Assembly (NCBI RefSeq): GCF_009914755.1
Contig: NC_060931.1
Length of the DNA: 64,000 nt
DNA from: the human T2T-CHM13v2.0 reference genome, Homo sapiens
Direction: 5' to 3' (one strand)
Shown in pieces: positions 1 through 16,151 of this stretch. Every line of letters starts with the position of its first letter. The stretch's first letter is position 1. The notes under the pieces are model-generated. The model worked only from the letters and a program-made list of their open reading frames with translations. It searched no databases and was not told where the DNA came from. A program made the translations under genes and the position numbers.

Positions 1-684
1 TCTTCTCTTTTCTTTTCTTTCTTGAGATGGGGTCTCACTATGTTGCCCAGGCTGGCCTCAAACTCCTAGGCTCAATCGATCCTCTAGCCTCAACCTCCCA
101 GAGCACTGGGATTACAGTTATTTGTTATTCTTTTTATTTTCTAGTCTCTTGTGCTGAACTGCATTTATCTTTTAAATAGCCTTTAAATATTCTTTGGCAG
201 AAAGTGAGAAACAAATACATATATTACACCTATAAAATCAGTAAAACCAAATAAAAATTATCAAGCCCAATGTTGTAAGGGCCATAGGGAAGTAAGTGCA
301 TACACGTGGTTAATGACAGTGTGCACTGAGTTTCTGAGGAGTGTGGCTAGCAATAGATACTTAGTGCTATAACATTGTTTATTCATATTAAGCGGTTAAT
401 GCCACTTTTGGAAATGTATGACAGAGAACCGAAAAGAAGATAGTCCTTACAAAATTATTTATACCTACAGTGCACAACAGTGAAAGAGGGGGAGCAACTC
501 AAATGCACAGTGGTAGAGGAGAGTCGAAGAAGTCAGTTAATATAATGCAGTGTTATAAAGCCACCAGAAATGATTCAGTGGATTAGATAAATAGAAATGT
601 ACATAAAATATGTAAATTATCAAAACATGCATTAAATCTATTTAAGAATACGTAGATTTAGCAAAAAGAATGAGATGGTCATGG

Positions 685-1013
685 TGAGACCGCTAGGTGG
701 GAAGGGGTCCCCGGAAAAACTCCAGCCAGCCTGCCCACCGGGGTGGAGTTTTGGGAAGTTTGCACCATTTGTAGCAGGGAGGAGCCTGGCCCCTCTTCTT
801 TCTGTGTGGAGCCCAGGATTCTAGCTGCTGGCAGGAAGCACTCTAGCAGGGACTCTGGCCTTGTGAGTGTCTCGGATTCCCCCTTTTCTTCCTTTTCACC
901 TAATAAAACCCTGTCTTACCCACCATTCAAACCGCCTGCGAGCCTAAATTTTTGTGGCTGTGAGACGGACAAGGATCCCGTCTTTGGCTGAACTAAGGAA
1001 AAGTCCGGCAACA
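685..1013 (+). mobile_element. Solo ERV1 LTR, MER61-like
   Basis: TG...CA termini, 4-bp TSD ATGG (681-684, 1014-1017), internal AATAAA at 902; resembles the MER61 consensus as recalled. Confidence 0.8.
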
Positions 1014-1194
1014 ATGGATATTGGAAATAATATTAATGGATAGGTTTTACTCTCCTGCAGGATTAATATAACCTGTGAGTACTTTTAGGCTTACTACCAG
1101 TACAAGGAATGGCTTTTGGAAAGTTCTTAGAATGTAGAGCTGTGCTTCTGCACTTTGTTCAGCTACAAGCAGCCTCTTTGTCTCTCTGTTTCAG

Positions 1195-1276
1195 GATCTA
1201 AGCATTGAAGAACAGTCAGAGTGTGCTCAGGATTTCTACCACAATGTGGCCGAAAGGATGCAAACTCGTGGGAAAG
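1195..1276 (+). CDS. RABGEF1: RABGEF1 internal coding exon (82 nt), DLSIEEQSECAQDFYHNVAERMQTRGK, helical bundle
   Basis: tttcag|GATCTA acceptor, GAAAG|gtaac donor; peptide recognised as Rabex-5; phase 0 to 1 fits next exon. Confidence 0.96.
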
Positions 1277-1603
1277 GTAACACTGTTAGCCATTGAGAGA
1301 TTGCGGGTATTGCACAGGGATGACTGCTCAGTCTCTTAGCAATTTCTTTCTTTCTCTGATGGTCTGGCTGGTTTGTAGACTTCATCCTGTAACCTCATGG
1401 ACATTCTGGGAACTGGTCTTATACTTAGCAGTGCCTTTGAACTGTACCATGCGTATCTTTCCAGGAGCAATTGGATAATTTATTGAGTAACATTTAATAA
1501 CTCCATTGGGGCAGGGCTGGAGCTGACGAAAACATCTTAGGGCCTGGCTCAGTAGCTCATGCCTGTAATCCCAGCACTTTGGGAGGCTAAAGCAGGCGGA
1601 TCA

Positions 1604-1904
<301 letters not shown>

Positions 1905-2380
1905 TTATTGTATTAATAGTTTAAAAAAAAAAGAGCTTCAAGTTTTTAGGGATTCTTTATGGATTCAACCTTCACTGATACTAGACTTTAGGATATACTT
2001 AGCACATGTGTGTGTCAGAGAAATCTCCATTTGTATACCTCAGAGAGCTCTACGATGTTATGGTAAACCTCAGAAAAATGAAAGGATAAGTTTCATCAGC
2101 ATTCATCAGTCTTGGGAGTTGCAAATGCCTTTGTAATGTAGGACAGGGAGTGACCTTGCTGAAGTCTCCCCATTTGGCAGGGTGTACACTGTTAGGTCCT
2201 GTCAGACAACTTCAGTTAGAACTGAGGTTGCTGTGGAAGGCAGCCCAACAGTTGGAAGAAGATTTTTTTGTTTGTTTGTTTGTTTGTTTTTGTCGAGACA
2301 GAATATCACTCTGTCGTCCAAGCTGGAGTACAGTGGTGTGACCTCGGCTCACTGCAACTCTGCCTCCCAGGTTCAAGTGA

Positions 2381-2590
<210 letters not shown>

Positions 2591-2726
2591 TAAGCGTATT
2601 TTTAAATATAACATTCTTATACTTTTGTTCTGAGTGTGTTTAATTTATTTCTAGTAAATTAGTTTTTTGCTGTGTAGACAGTGCTATGAAAATATACTCT
2701 TGGCCGGGCATTCTGGCTCACACCTA

Positions 2727-3047
<321 letters not shown>

Positions 3048-3056
3048 TTATTTCAG

Positions 3057-3189
3057 TGCCTCCAGAAAGAGTCGAGAAGATAATGGATCAGATTGAAAAG
3101 TACATCATGACTCGTCTCTATAAATATGTATTCTGTCCAGAAACTACTGATGATGAGAAGAAAGATCTTGCCATTCAAAAGAGAATCAG
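3057..3189 (+). CDS. RABGEF1: RABGEF1 coding exon (133 nt), VPPERVEKIMDQIEKYIMTRLYKYVFCPETTDDEKKDLAIQKRIR
   Basis: tttcag|TGCC acceptor, ATCAG|gtagtt donor; phase 1 to 2; open frame. Confidence 0.97.
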
Positions 3190-3549
3190 GTAGTTGCTTA
3201 TTTTGTTTTGCTTTGTAGTTACTACCTTCTAATGGAAGAACACACTGGGGGGAAAATAATGCACCTGTGTTTCAAACCTTAAGGGAAAGCAATAGCTCAT
3301 GTTCCTGCTTCCTTAGAGTGGAAGCAGCTCTGTTGTGTAAGAAAGACGAGGAATGTGGTGACCTCACCTATCCATCTCCCTCAAGGCAGCTTTTGGTAAG
3401 AGTTGTGTTTGGTGTTTGAGATTGTTTTCAATCCCTGAAATCTCCAAGGAATAGGGGGACTGTGTTCTTGGTCCATTACCATCTCCTCAAGTGGGAAGCT
3501 GTGAATATCGGTATCAAGGCAGGGGATGTCGGCTGGGCCCGGTGGCTCA

Positions 3550-3813
<264 letters not shown>

Positions 3814-5005
3814 TCAGTAGATGTCCTCTTTCCTCATTCCTCCCAGGGGTGTGCATTTTTCAGCATTCCCTAGTCACATCTTTCACTGGCATTGGATTGA
3901 TGACATTTCCCACAGCACCCAGTCTTCCAGGCTCACTGGGGTGAGCCCCAGCACTGTGTACTCCAGTTGCGGTGGACACTGAGGAAGAGACCACCCAAGT
4001 GTGGGAACAGGGCCAAGGCTGAGCTGATGAGGTGTTTTAAGGGGAGAAGGGACTCGGAGTCCCAGGTTCCAGACAAGGGGCTGGTACTTGCTAGATCTGT
4101 ATTGGAAGTTTCATAGCTGAAGTGAGGAGTTGATACTGGGCAGGCTGAAGATGTGGAGCCCAAGGTCAGGAGCCAGAAGTAACTAGAGGGGCCCTGGACC
4201 AAGATGCAGAACAGAAGCAGTAACCAAGCAAGAGGGCAGGCCTGCTGCAGGGTAGTTGGAGTGCAGTTAGGGTGGGACCAGGAAACACACAGTGATTCAG
4301 GCATGGTGGTCCTGCCCGTGGCCTCCTATACAAGCTCCAGTGTGCCTCAGAAGTTGAGGGTTGAGGCCAGGTGTGGTGGCTCGCACCTGTAATCCCAGCA
4401 CTTTGGGAGGCCAAGGCAGGCAGATCACCTGAGGTCAGGAGTTTGAGACCAGCCTGGCCAGCAGGGTGAAACCCTGTCTCGTAAAAGTACAGAAATTAGC
4501 TGGGCATGGAGGTGGGCGCCTGTAGTCCCGGCTGCTTGGGAGCCTGAGGCAGGAGAATTGCTTGAACCCAGGATGCAGAGGCTGCAGTGAGCCAAGATTG
4601 GCACTCCAGCCTGGGCAAGAGTGAGACTCCATCTCAAAAAAGAAAGAAGTTGAGGACTGAGTGTAAAAGGACATTAACGCAGTAGGCAGCGAGGACAGGC
4701 AGCAGCCAATTCTCAAATGGTCACTTTCAGATACTGAGTGCATTTCAGTCTTGGTAGCACTGCGTAATGTCATTTCAGTCAGCAAGATGGCCTTCCATTC
4801 TTGTGATAAATGCAGAAGTCTCATTTTAGGATCCTAGCTGCTTCATCACGTCATTAGAGCTCGTAGTACTTGCAGGGGTGATGTGTGTGGGCCTGGGATT
4901 GAGTGGTCAGTGATGCCTCAGGCTTTCCCTAAACTGAAGGAGGTGACAAGACAAATGGCCACAGTTTATCCTTGGAGCTCTTGTTTACTGTCTCTCTCTC
5001 TTTAG

Positions 5006-5097
5006 AGCCCTGCGCTGGGTTACGCCTCAGATGCTGTGTGTCCCTGTTAATGAAGACATCCCAGAAGTGTCTGATATGGTGGTGAAGGCGATCACAG
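5006..5097 (+). CDS. RABGEF1: RABGEF1 coding exon (92 nt), ALRWVTPQMLCVPVNEDIPEVSDMVVKAIT
   Basis: pyrimidine tract tctctctctctttag|AGCC, ACAG|gtcagt; phase 2 to 1. Confidence 0.97.
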
Positions 5098-6924
5098 GTC
5101 AGTGAAACCAAGAGCCTTTTTATTGGGATGTTTTCCCCTTAAAGTTAACATTTTACTGTAATATTCATCTATACATTTGTAAAATGCAGATTGTCGAAGG
5201 TACATTGGAATGTAGTAAAAGTGATTTGTAAGATTGTTTTATGAATTTGATGGCATTCAGAAGAGCAGGTTCTCTTTTACCCCTTTATTTTCAGGGATTA
5301 TGGTCTCGTTTCTTGGGCATTAAACTAAACTAAGGTCAAATGCAGATAGAATAAATTTTTTTTCTTTTTTTTGTACTTCTTTTTTTATTTAGTTTTTATT
5401 CAGCTGACTGTTCCATGATAGAATAAATTTCTTAGGATTCAGTTGCATTTATATATTCAAAATAATTTTGGATAGAGGAAGGGAACTGGTAAGGCAAGGT
5501 AATCCCCACGCTGGAGTAACGTAGTAAAATGATGCCTCTGACTGGTTGTTAGAGAAGCGCTATGAGTTATTTTTCTGGTTTGATCAGGAAATAAATGAAG
5601 TTCCCCAAATTGATGTGACACTGCCGTTCTAGACAGGTCCAGCCTCCTAATAAGGTTTGTTTCTCATTCATGGGAATGAACCAGCAAGAGTGCAACACAA
5701 ACGTTTAAATTACAAAAAAAAATCTTAATGGAGAGATGGTCATCTTTGGCCAGTGTCTCCTTTATTAGAAAGAGGCCTTGGAAAGGCTTGTTCATGTAGA
5801 CATTGTTAATGAAATTCTATTGGAAAGGAAGTGGGTTAACTGATATTAGTAGTGTTGGAGGCTGGCCATCGAGTAGGCTCCTTTTGTTACAGGAACCAGA
5901 GACTCACCCAAGCTACAGAAGAAATGGAGGTTTGCTTAAGGTATTATCAGGGTTATAAAGGAGGTGGAGTCTTTCAGGACCCTAGCCCCAAGGGTCATCC
6001 AGGGAGTGGGCTATCTTACTGCCTCTACAACGGCAAGAGGGTCTGCTCCAGGCATTCTCTGCTGATGTGATTCTTCCACTTTCTCGGGTTCTGCTTCTCT
6101 TTATCTTCCCGTGTCAACTCCTGTTGTTAAGTAAATTACTAGTTTCTGTAATTTCTTGTGCAAGTTCTGAAGGTAGAATCCAAGTGGCCCAGATCAATAC
6201 TATTGTTTTTTTTTCTTGCAAGCTTTTCTGCTAGGCTATGGCGTAGGTCATGACTACTCTGCCCCCCGCACCTTTTGCTCGGGGAACCCCATAAGAGGTT
6301 GAAGGTGGAGGCCTTCTAAAAGCCTGAATATGGACCTGGGACTTGTGTTTTTCCTGACTCTTACTAGAAAGTTCAAGATCAGCTGGTTTACATTTAGAGT
6401 GTTCTATGAGAGTTTTGTCCAAGCCACCGTAGCCTTTACGGCCTGTTGCTAATAGGGAAGTCCCCAGCCTTCCTGGCCTCTTTCACCCAAGTAGGGCATG
6501 GTTCACTGGGCGACAGCTGGTAGCGAGTGTTTGTGTGACCCATCAGTGGTGAAAGTAGAGGTGGGTGGCCCAAGGGATCAGGAAAGCATAGCTGTGTTCC
6601 ATGAATAGTGGGACTCGATAGGAGAGGCTGCCCGTTAAGTTACACAGTGTGGGTCACGTTCTTCTAGGGCAGGAGGCTCATGTTCTGGGCTGACAAGTAA
6701 CAAATACGAGGTCTGTTGAAGAGAACTGCATAAAATTTTGAAAGTCATCAAGTCCTCTGCCCTGAGGTCGAACACTCTTTAGGACTTCTGAAAGGAAGAG
6801 TGTGCCACCCCAGGAAGGGGATCAGAGAGTCCATCATCAGCTCCTCTTAGCTCCAAGAGTTTAGGACAAGGAGAGTGTCAGGGCCTGTGGCTGATGGTGG
6901 AAGTTTCCCTTTCTTTCTGTTTTG

Positions 6925-7468
6925 TTTAATTTTTAATTTTTATGTGTACATAATAGGTGTATTTATTTATGAGTTCCGTGAGCTATTTTGATCCAGGCGG
7001 ATAATGAGTGGTAATTACCTTAGGGGAAATGGGGTCCATCCTCTGAAGCATTTAGCTTTTGTATTACAGAGAATCCTGTTATATTCTCTTAATTACTTTT
7101 TAATGTACAATTAAATTACTTTTGACTATAGTTCCCCTGTCGTGCTAGCAAATACTAGGTCTTATTCATTCTTTCTAACTTTTCTGGTACCCCTTGGCCA
7201 TCCCCACTATCCCCCATGCCCTGCATTACCCTTCCCAGCCTCTGGTAACCATCCTTCTGGTAAAACATCCTTCAGTTTTAAGTGTTTAGCTCCCACCAAT
7301 GAGTGAGAACATGTGATGGTTATCTTTCTGTGCCTGGCTTATTTCACTTAACATAATATCCTCCTGTTTCATCCATGTTGTTGCAAATGACTGGATCCCA
7401 TTCTGAATAGTACTCCACTGTGTATGTGTGCCATGTTTTCTTTATCCATTCATCTGTTGACAGACACC
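6925..7468 (-). mobile_element. Old L1 (L1M-type) 3' end fragment
   Basis: typical antisense L1 3' motifs (gagtgagaacatg, ctgtgcctggcttatttcacttaacata, tttatccattcatctgttga). Confidence 0.8.
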
Positions 7469-7515
7469 CTTTCCCATTTGGCTCCACCTGCATGACTTCT
7501 GTGTGGCTATGGGGG

Positions 7516-8036
7516 CAGTGGTTCTTAGCCAGGCACCAGTGGTCCCCCGGAGACATTGGACAACATCTGGAGACTTATTTATTTAGTTAGTTAGTTAGTT
7601 AGTTATTTTTGAGACAGGATCTCTCTGTCACCCAGGCTGGAGTGCAAGTGGCAACGATCATGGCTCACTGCAGCCTTGACCTCACAGGCTCAAGCGATCC
7701 GTCCGCCTCAGCCTCCTGAGTAGCTGAGACCACAGGCACGTGCCACCACACCCAGCTAATTTTTGTTTACATTCTGTAGAGACAGAGTTTCATCATGTTG
7801 CCTTGGCTGCTCTTGAACTCCTAGACTCACCTCCCTAAGTTACTAGGATTACAGGTGTGAGCCACTGAGCCAGGCCTGGAGACATTTTTAAATGTCACAG
7901 CTGTGGGAGTACTACTAACACCTAGTGGGTAGAGGCCAAGGATTCTACTAAACATTCTGTGATGAACAGGATGGTTCCCTACAACAAAGAATTATTCAAC
8001 CCCAAATGTCAGGAGTGTCCATGTTGAGAAGCCATG
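7516..8036 (+). mobile_element. MER20-like hAT DNA transposon split by an AluJ (7576-7876, - strand)
   Basis: CAGTGGTTCT start, ...gttgagaagccatg end; Alu flanked by TSD CTGGAGAC. Confidence 0.75.
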
Positions 8037-9310
8037 ACCTGGAGGTACAGCCTTTGTTTTCACAACTCCATTAAAGATAAGCCTGGACACCTGGATCCAG
8101 CAGAGATGGAGCGTATACTTAGCTCTGTGTTTCCTATTCATGTGAAGGCAGAGCCCTGGGAGAAGACATAGAGCAATTATGCAGGGCTCTGAAGAGTAAA
8201 TCATAGCAGGCAGGCTGGGGAGGGAAATTATTAGACAGCAGTGAGTTTCCTGTGTGTTGCTTTCTCCTCACATGTCTCCTAGTTGAGACTTTGAAGCAGT
8301 GCAAATCATGGAATTGCACACATGGGAAAATCCAAAGAGTTCCACGAAGAATTCCTTCAGGCCAGAGGATGCTAGGAACGGGTCTCTGCAGGATGAAGCA
8401 TGTGGAAGAGATCCCTGGGGGTGTTTGTCTTTCTTTATTCTCCTTTTCCTTCCCTTCTCTCCCTTTTTCCACCCCAGCCCTGCCTTATGGCAATAGCAGC
8501 CACACATCCAGATAAAACATAATTCACTTTTTACTCGCTTTCAAAATGTCAACAGTAAAGATGAACAGGATGCAAGATGAAAGAACATTGAAAAATAAAG
8601 ATTAACAAGAAAGTAGTTTAAATAAAAGAGAGAAAAAAAAATCACCAATAAAAGGTAGAAGGCTAAAGATAAATGAAGGTAGTAAAAATGGCTTTAAAAA
8701 ATCTTACCCAATCTTACCCAATTCTTATTTAGAATAAGTTCCATATAAGTAGAAAAAGAAAAATAAATAGATCAATGTAACAATAATTATAACCCAGGAT
8801 TAAAGGATTAAAGGAAGCAAACAATAAAACAGCAAAAATTATGTAATTCACACAGTAGCCTCATAAGTAAGGGAATAAAAGCACTCAAAAGTTAAAATAA
8901 TGCCTGTGCACTGCCTAGCACATCTGTCCCCCACACGTTGTCTTTCATGGCAGATGGGCCTAGGAGGGTTCCCCAGGAAGCTGACCTCAGGGATGATCTA
9001 AAAGCTGAAAGAACCCTTTGGTATACCCCACCGCCTGGCCAGAGTCTGAAACGTTTATTCCTGCTAGTGGCAAGAATTTGGTGTAAAATTAAGCTGCCTT
9101 GGCTCTTTTCTTTTGTGATGTCCCAAGTTGCTGGCCGATGTGCAACCCCAGAGGTACGCTGCCTCTCCAGCGGTGCTGTCACCACGTGCTTCAGCACCCT
9201 TCGCTGTCCCCCAGGCTTGTTGGAAAAGGGTGGGCATTCATGAGAGCCCACTGCTTGGACTTAGTGATAGTTGTGGGTAGTGAAATTTTTCTGCCGGGAG
9301 CAGTGAGTCA

Positions 9311-9633
<323 letters not shown>

Positions 9634-9745
9634 TTAAGTTTATTCCCTTGCTTGATCCCCTCTGCCAATCAGCAGGTGTGAATGTTGTGATTTCTGTAGC
9701 TAGTGGAGATCCACATGCTGGAGAGTTTGGCCACTGTTGAACTAA

Positions 9746-10033
<288 letters not shown>

Positions 10034-10122
10034 TAACAGAGGCACAGAAGCAGTAAAAAGACTCTTCATCAGACAACTTCTTCCTTCTCCATGGAGCTCA
10101 GAGGCAGCTTACATTGTGATTA

Positions 10123-10413
<291 letters not shown>

Positions 10414-10822
10414 TCAGTCTGAAAAAAAAAAAAAAAAAAGTGTGGGCTTTACAGTCAGGTAGACATGGTTTCAAATTCCCACCCTGCTACATACTGTCTG
10501 TATGATCTTGGGCAAATCATTTAACCTCTCTGAACTTCAGCCCCCTCATCCCTAAAATGGATAATATTAATAAGAGTATCCATTGCATAATATGAGGATT
10601 AGAGAAATGTGCTTGTAGGGTACACTGTGTATTACCTGGCTCTTGGTTCTGTTTTCCATGAGTATGAGATCATATTTACTAAGTTATTATATACTAAGTT
10701 AACTGCTGGAAAAGGGGTTAATAAGGATTCCTTCATAACTTTAGAGATAAAACATGATTTTCCTATTGCTTCTTTTTTGTGATTCTTTTCTCCTGGGAAA
10801 TATTGTCTTTTCTGCTTTGTAG

Positions 10823-11079
10823 ATATCATTGAAATGGATTCCAAGCGTGTGCCTCGAGACAAGCTGGCCTGCATCACCAAGTGCAGCAAGCACATCTTCA
10901 ATGCCATCAAGATCACCAAGAATGAGCCGGCGTCAGCGGATGACTTCCTCCCCACCCTCATCTACATTGTTTTGAAGGGCAACCCCCCACGCCTTCAGTC
11001 TAATATCCAGTATATCACGCGCTTCTGCAATCCAAGCCGACTGATGACTGGAGAGGATGGCTACTATTTCACCAATCTG
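10823..11079 (+). CDS. RABGEF1: RABGEF1 coding exon (257 nt), VPS9 domain core ([17 protein letters not shown]...[14 protein letters not shown]...EDGYYFTNL)
   Basis: ttgtag|ATATC, CTG|gtgagt; VPS9 motifs ADDFLP and EDGYYFTN. Counting back from a 491-aa C-terminus puts the first D of ADD at 313, the known catalytic Asp. Confidence 0.98.
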
Positions 11080-12204
11080 GTGAGTAAGTGAGTTCTTGGT
11101 GTTGTGGAGAAGGACTAGGAAGGTGGTGGTTTTGGGGATGTGACAGGTCACTTAGGCCCGTGACAGGTGAATGCTTCTGTGTGAGAAGGCAGCATGGCTG
11201 AGGAAGCTCACTTTGCATCAGGGAGCACAAGGACCAGGCCATACAGACACTCCGCCTCCCAGCACTTGATCAGAGATTGTGTTTATCCTACGGAAACAGA
11301 TGACATGTGTTGGGCATCACTCCCCACGGTCCTGGGTAGAAGAGTCCTTCACTTGGCAGGGCTTTTTCAACCATGAATAAGGCAAATTATGTATAAGTTA
11401 ATAAGGCTGAATATTTGCCCCCTCATTCATTCACTCATTCATTCTACTACAGGGTCTCACTCTATCACCCAGGCTGGAGTGCAGTGGTACAATCATAGCT
11501 CACTGCAGCCTTGACCTCCTGGGCTCAAGCAATCCTCTCACCTCAGCCTGCTGTGAAGCTGGTACCACAGGCATGCACCATCACACCGGGCCAATTTTTT
11601 TTTTTTTTTGAGAGATGGGGTCTCGCTGTGTTGCCCAGGCTGGTCTCATACTCCTGGACTCAAGCAGTCCTCCCACCTTGACCTCCCTAAGAGTTGGAAC
11701 TGCAGGCATGAGCCACCACTCCTGACCTGAATTCTTCCTTTTTCTTCCTACTAAACTCTGCTTATTTGCTTTAGAGGGAATGTACTGTAAAGCTAATGAA
11801 TTTGGAGACTTGGGGCAGCGTATGGACTTGGTTTTCTGTGTTGAGAGCCTGGGAACTAAGAGGTGGGGAGGGGAAGCCAGGATGCATTGCGAGTATTTCT
11901 GATAAATTGCCAAAAAAGTCTCACAGGTACGTGAATCTCTCAGTCTCTAAAAATATGTCATGATTTATTTCTAGGTTCTAAGTATGTATTCACATTTATA
12001 CCTACTTTTGTATTTGTCACTCTTCTTCCTTTTCCTGTAAGTAGGTTCCCAAAATTGTATAAGCTTCAGGTTCCTCCAAACTTGGACCTGCCCCCATCAC
12101 TCATCACCCTCCAGCATTGTGTTCAGCTACATGTTACTGTAGTCACCAGCATCTTGGGAGTGTGATTTATAGGTGGAGGGACTTGGTGCTCTTGATCAGA
12201 ATGA

Positions 12205-12636
<432 letters not shown>

Positions 12637-13871
12637 TAATATAAATGAAACATACACTTGCCTACGAGGGAAGAGCGTTTTGGATTCAGTTCTTTATCCA
12701 AAGCGAGTCAGACAACCTGGAAGTCCCTGAGAAGTGTGAAGGTGGAGACATGGCAGGTATTGAGAGAAGTGGAGGAGGACCAGGACGTGTTTGAGCGTAG
12801 CCACGGTCACTGACAGTAGAGGTGGCTGGCTTGCACACACTTAGCAGCTTCTAGTGCCCTTGGCCTGCAGCCTTAAGTACATTTGTGCCTTCTCTCTTTG
12901 TCCTCTTCTTGCCTGACTCAGAGTCTGTCTCCTACACCCATTGCTCCAATGAAACTGCTCTGGCAAAAGTAAAAAGTTTCCAGCTGACGAACCCCACGGG
13001 CACTCACAGTCTTCATCTTCCTTCGCTTCTCATAGCACTCTCCAAGAGTCCTTTGTTCTGCAACTTCTGTTGTTCCTTGGCTTCCACAATTCCACTACTT
13101 CCTTGTCTCTTTGTAAAGTCTGTGTCTTCTACTTCCACCTTGAATTGTGTCATTCCATGGGACTCCATTGTCTCTGCATCTCTCTTCCTGCACCATCTTC
13201 TCTGTCACAGAGCTGTCACTCACTGTGCAGTGATGGCCTGCAGCTCTGGGTCACCTGTCTTGACCTTACACTTGTATTGCACCTCAAATATAATTTGTTC
13301 AGAGCTACTTCCCCTTCAGATGTTTGTTTCTTTTCCAGTATTCTCTATTCCTTTTAGTGGCAATGCCATGTCTCCATTCACCTAAGTGAGGAGTTAGAAT
13401 CACCTCCTCTTTCCAGGTCACAGAGGGGCCACAGCAACTCCACACACACCATGAGCCAGATGGTGTTCCGTTCTACTCAGATGAATCAGATTTTTCTTTT
13501 TCTTTATTCCTTTTTTCTAGAGATGGTTTCTACCCCGACTGTTTCCCAGGCTGGTCTGAACTCCTGGTCTCAAGCAATCCTCCCACCTCGGCCTCCCAAA
13601 GTGCTAGGATTACAAGCACGAGCCAACACGCCTGGCTCAGATGTCTGTTGAATTGGGCATTTGCAGTGCCATGTCTGTACTAATAATTGCTACCGTGTAT
13701 TCATTGCTCGCTGCAGGCCTCTCGGAAGCACGTGACATGTTATGTTGTTTAATTCTCACAATAAATCTAGGTGGTATTTCCCCCCATTTACAGGTACAGA
13801 AACCTCAGAGAGCTTAAGTAACTTTCCCACGGTCACTCACTGTTGTTGTTAAGTGAAAGAGGTGACAGTGA

Positions 13872-14177
<306 letters not shown>

Positions 14178-14568
14178 TGAGGCACCGGGCCCGGTCTGGA
14201 GCTGTTCTTTTAACCACTTGATGTTAAAATATTCATTTGAGGATCAGAGGTCTGTGTGCCACACCTACTTGGGGACTATATCCTGGGTGGGGATAGCAGG
14301 TCTGGGAAGACTCAGACAGAATGGCTTCATGGTGCACCTGGGGAGGCTGCACCCAGACATCGGCCCTGGAGCTCCTGGGAGTGTATAGGAAGCACGACCG
14401 GGGATAGGAGTAGGTAATTTTTGAGGCTGAAATACACAGAAGTTCATGAGTTTGTTTTGTTTACTTTAGCTTCTGTTTTAAATGGTCTGTGATCAAAAGA
14501 TTTTTACAAATCGACTCGAGTATGCATAGCTTTCCTAATATGACTGTATTAACGTCCTCTTCTTGTAG

Positions 14569-14967
14569 TGCTGTGCTGTGGCTTTCATTGAGAAGCTAGA
14601 CGCCCAGTCTTTGAATCTAAGTCAGGAGGATTTTGATCGCTACATGTCTGGCCAGACCTCTCCCAGGAAGCAAGAAGCTGAGAGTTGGTCTCCTGATGCT
14701 TGCTTAGGCGTCAAGCAAATGTATAAGAACTTGGATCTCTTGTCTCAGTTGAATGAACGACAAGAAAGGATCATGAATGAAGCCAAGAAACTGGAAAAAG
14801 ACCTCATAGATTGGACAGATGGAATTGCAAGAGAAGTTCAAGACATCGTTGAGAAATACCCACTGGAAATTAAGCCTCCGAATCAACCGTTAGCAGCTAT
14901 TGACTCTGAAAACGTTGAAAATGATAAACTTCCTCCACCACTGCAACCTCAAGTTTATGCAGGATGA
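14569..14967 (+). CDS. RABGEF1: RABGEF1 terminal coding exon (CCAVAFIEKLD...coiled coil...KLPPPLQPQVYAG*)
   Basis: tcttgtag|TGCTGT acceptor; 399 nt to TGA; overlaps ORF 14578..14967; Rabaptin-5-binding coiled coil and Pro-rich tail recognised. Confidence 0.98.
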   Translation, partial: CCAVAFIEKLDAQSLNLSQEDFDRYMSGQTSPRKQEAESWSPDACLGVKQMYKNLDLLSQLNERQERIMNEAKKLEKDLIDWTDGIAREVQDIVEKYPLEIKPPNQPLAAIDSENVENDKLPPPLQPQVYAG

Positions 14968-15940
14968 TCACAATTTAGTGGAGAGTATTTATTTGAGCCT
15001 AAATTGTAGGTAGCCCTTACTACACTCAACTGATTGGGATCTAGAATGTAACTAAATTGCTTATAAATGTCAGAGCATTTTTTAAAGGTACAGTATATGG
15101 GGATTGTTTCGTTTTTCCTAGCAGGGGAACCTTAGTTAATAATAAAATACTACTTATTTGAGTTACTGATACAGATTCATTTAAGGCTTGTGTGCAAATT
15201 TTGTCTCAATCTTTTTTCCCTCCATGATTTTCCTATGTGCTTCCTCTGGCATTCACTGTGGTTTTGGTAAATAATTGCCTTTTAAAGGATTAAACAAATG
15301 AATGCTACAAAGTGTATGTTCAAGAAAATTAAATGGTACCACTCTTCCACAGTTTGGAATAATTTTATAATTGTAAAGATAGAAATTATATTGATAAGTA
15401 AATATGTAAAATTGTAAATATGTAAAAAAAAGAATGGTGTCTGCTGTGCATGGCATTTTATATGTTAATTTTTTAGTTTAAAATGAAGTATATTGAATGT
15501 TTGCCTTTAGCACCATTTTATTTGGTTTGTCCCACTAAAATGACTCGAGAAGTGTTTAGACAAACTCCCCTTAAGATGTGCACTCCATCTTTAAGAACGT
15601 GTTAGCCTTAACTTTGAGGTTCTATATAGTCAGAGACTATGACACCACTAAGGTTCAGAATAAAGTTTAGGCCACATAAAATTGCTGTTTAATGTAGTCG
15701 ATGGAAGACTTTAAACTATGCTTCTAGCTTATTTTTCCCTCATTCATTCAGCAAATCTCTATTGAGTTCTTCAGTGAGAAGGAGCAGGCACTGGGCCTGG
15801 AATGGAAGGCGGGAATGAATGGGCCTCTGATGGTGAGAGGTGACGGGGTCCCTCAGCTGTGAGATGCAAGGGGCGCCTTGCAGCCTCCATAATATACATT
15901 TGACTTTGCAAACGTCTAGACATGTTTTCTGAACCTTTTT

Positions 15941-16151
15941 CAGGACATTTCAACCTCGGGACTATTCATATTAGTGGCCTGAGAGGTGTTTGTTGTGGGG
16001 CCACCCTGTGCATGGTAGAATGTTCAGCAGCATTCCTGCCATCCATATCCATTAGGTGCCAGTAGCACCCCCGCTAGAGCTGTGAAAAATTCTCTCCAGA
16101 CATAGTCAGATGTCTCCTGGGGCCATATCACCCCTCCGTTAAGAACCACTG
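15941..16151 (-). mobile_element. MER20-like hAT fossil inside the RABGEF1 3'UTR
   Basis: ends ...gttaagaaccactg; internal ctctccagacat...agatgtctcctgggg motif. Confidence 0.65.

Noticed and set aside
743-991. 82-aa ORF
   Set aside because: Lies inside a solo LTR; non-ATG start; no recognisable protein
12885-13385. 166-aa ORF in the last RABGEF1 intron
   Set aside because: GTG start, low-complexity Ser/Leu/Cys, overlaps L2-like pyrimidine-rich sequence
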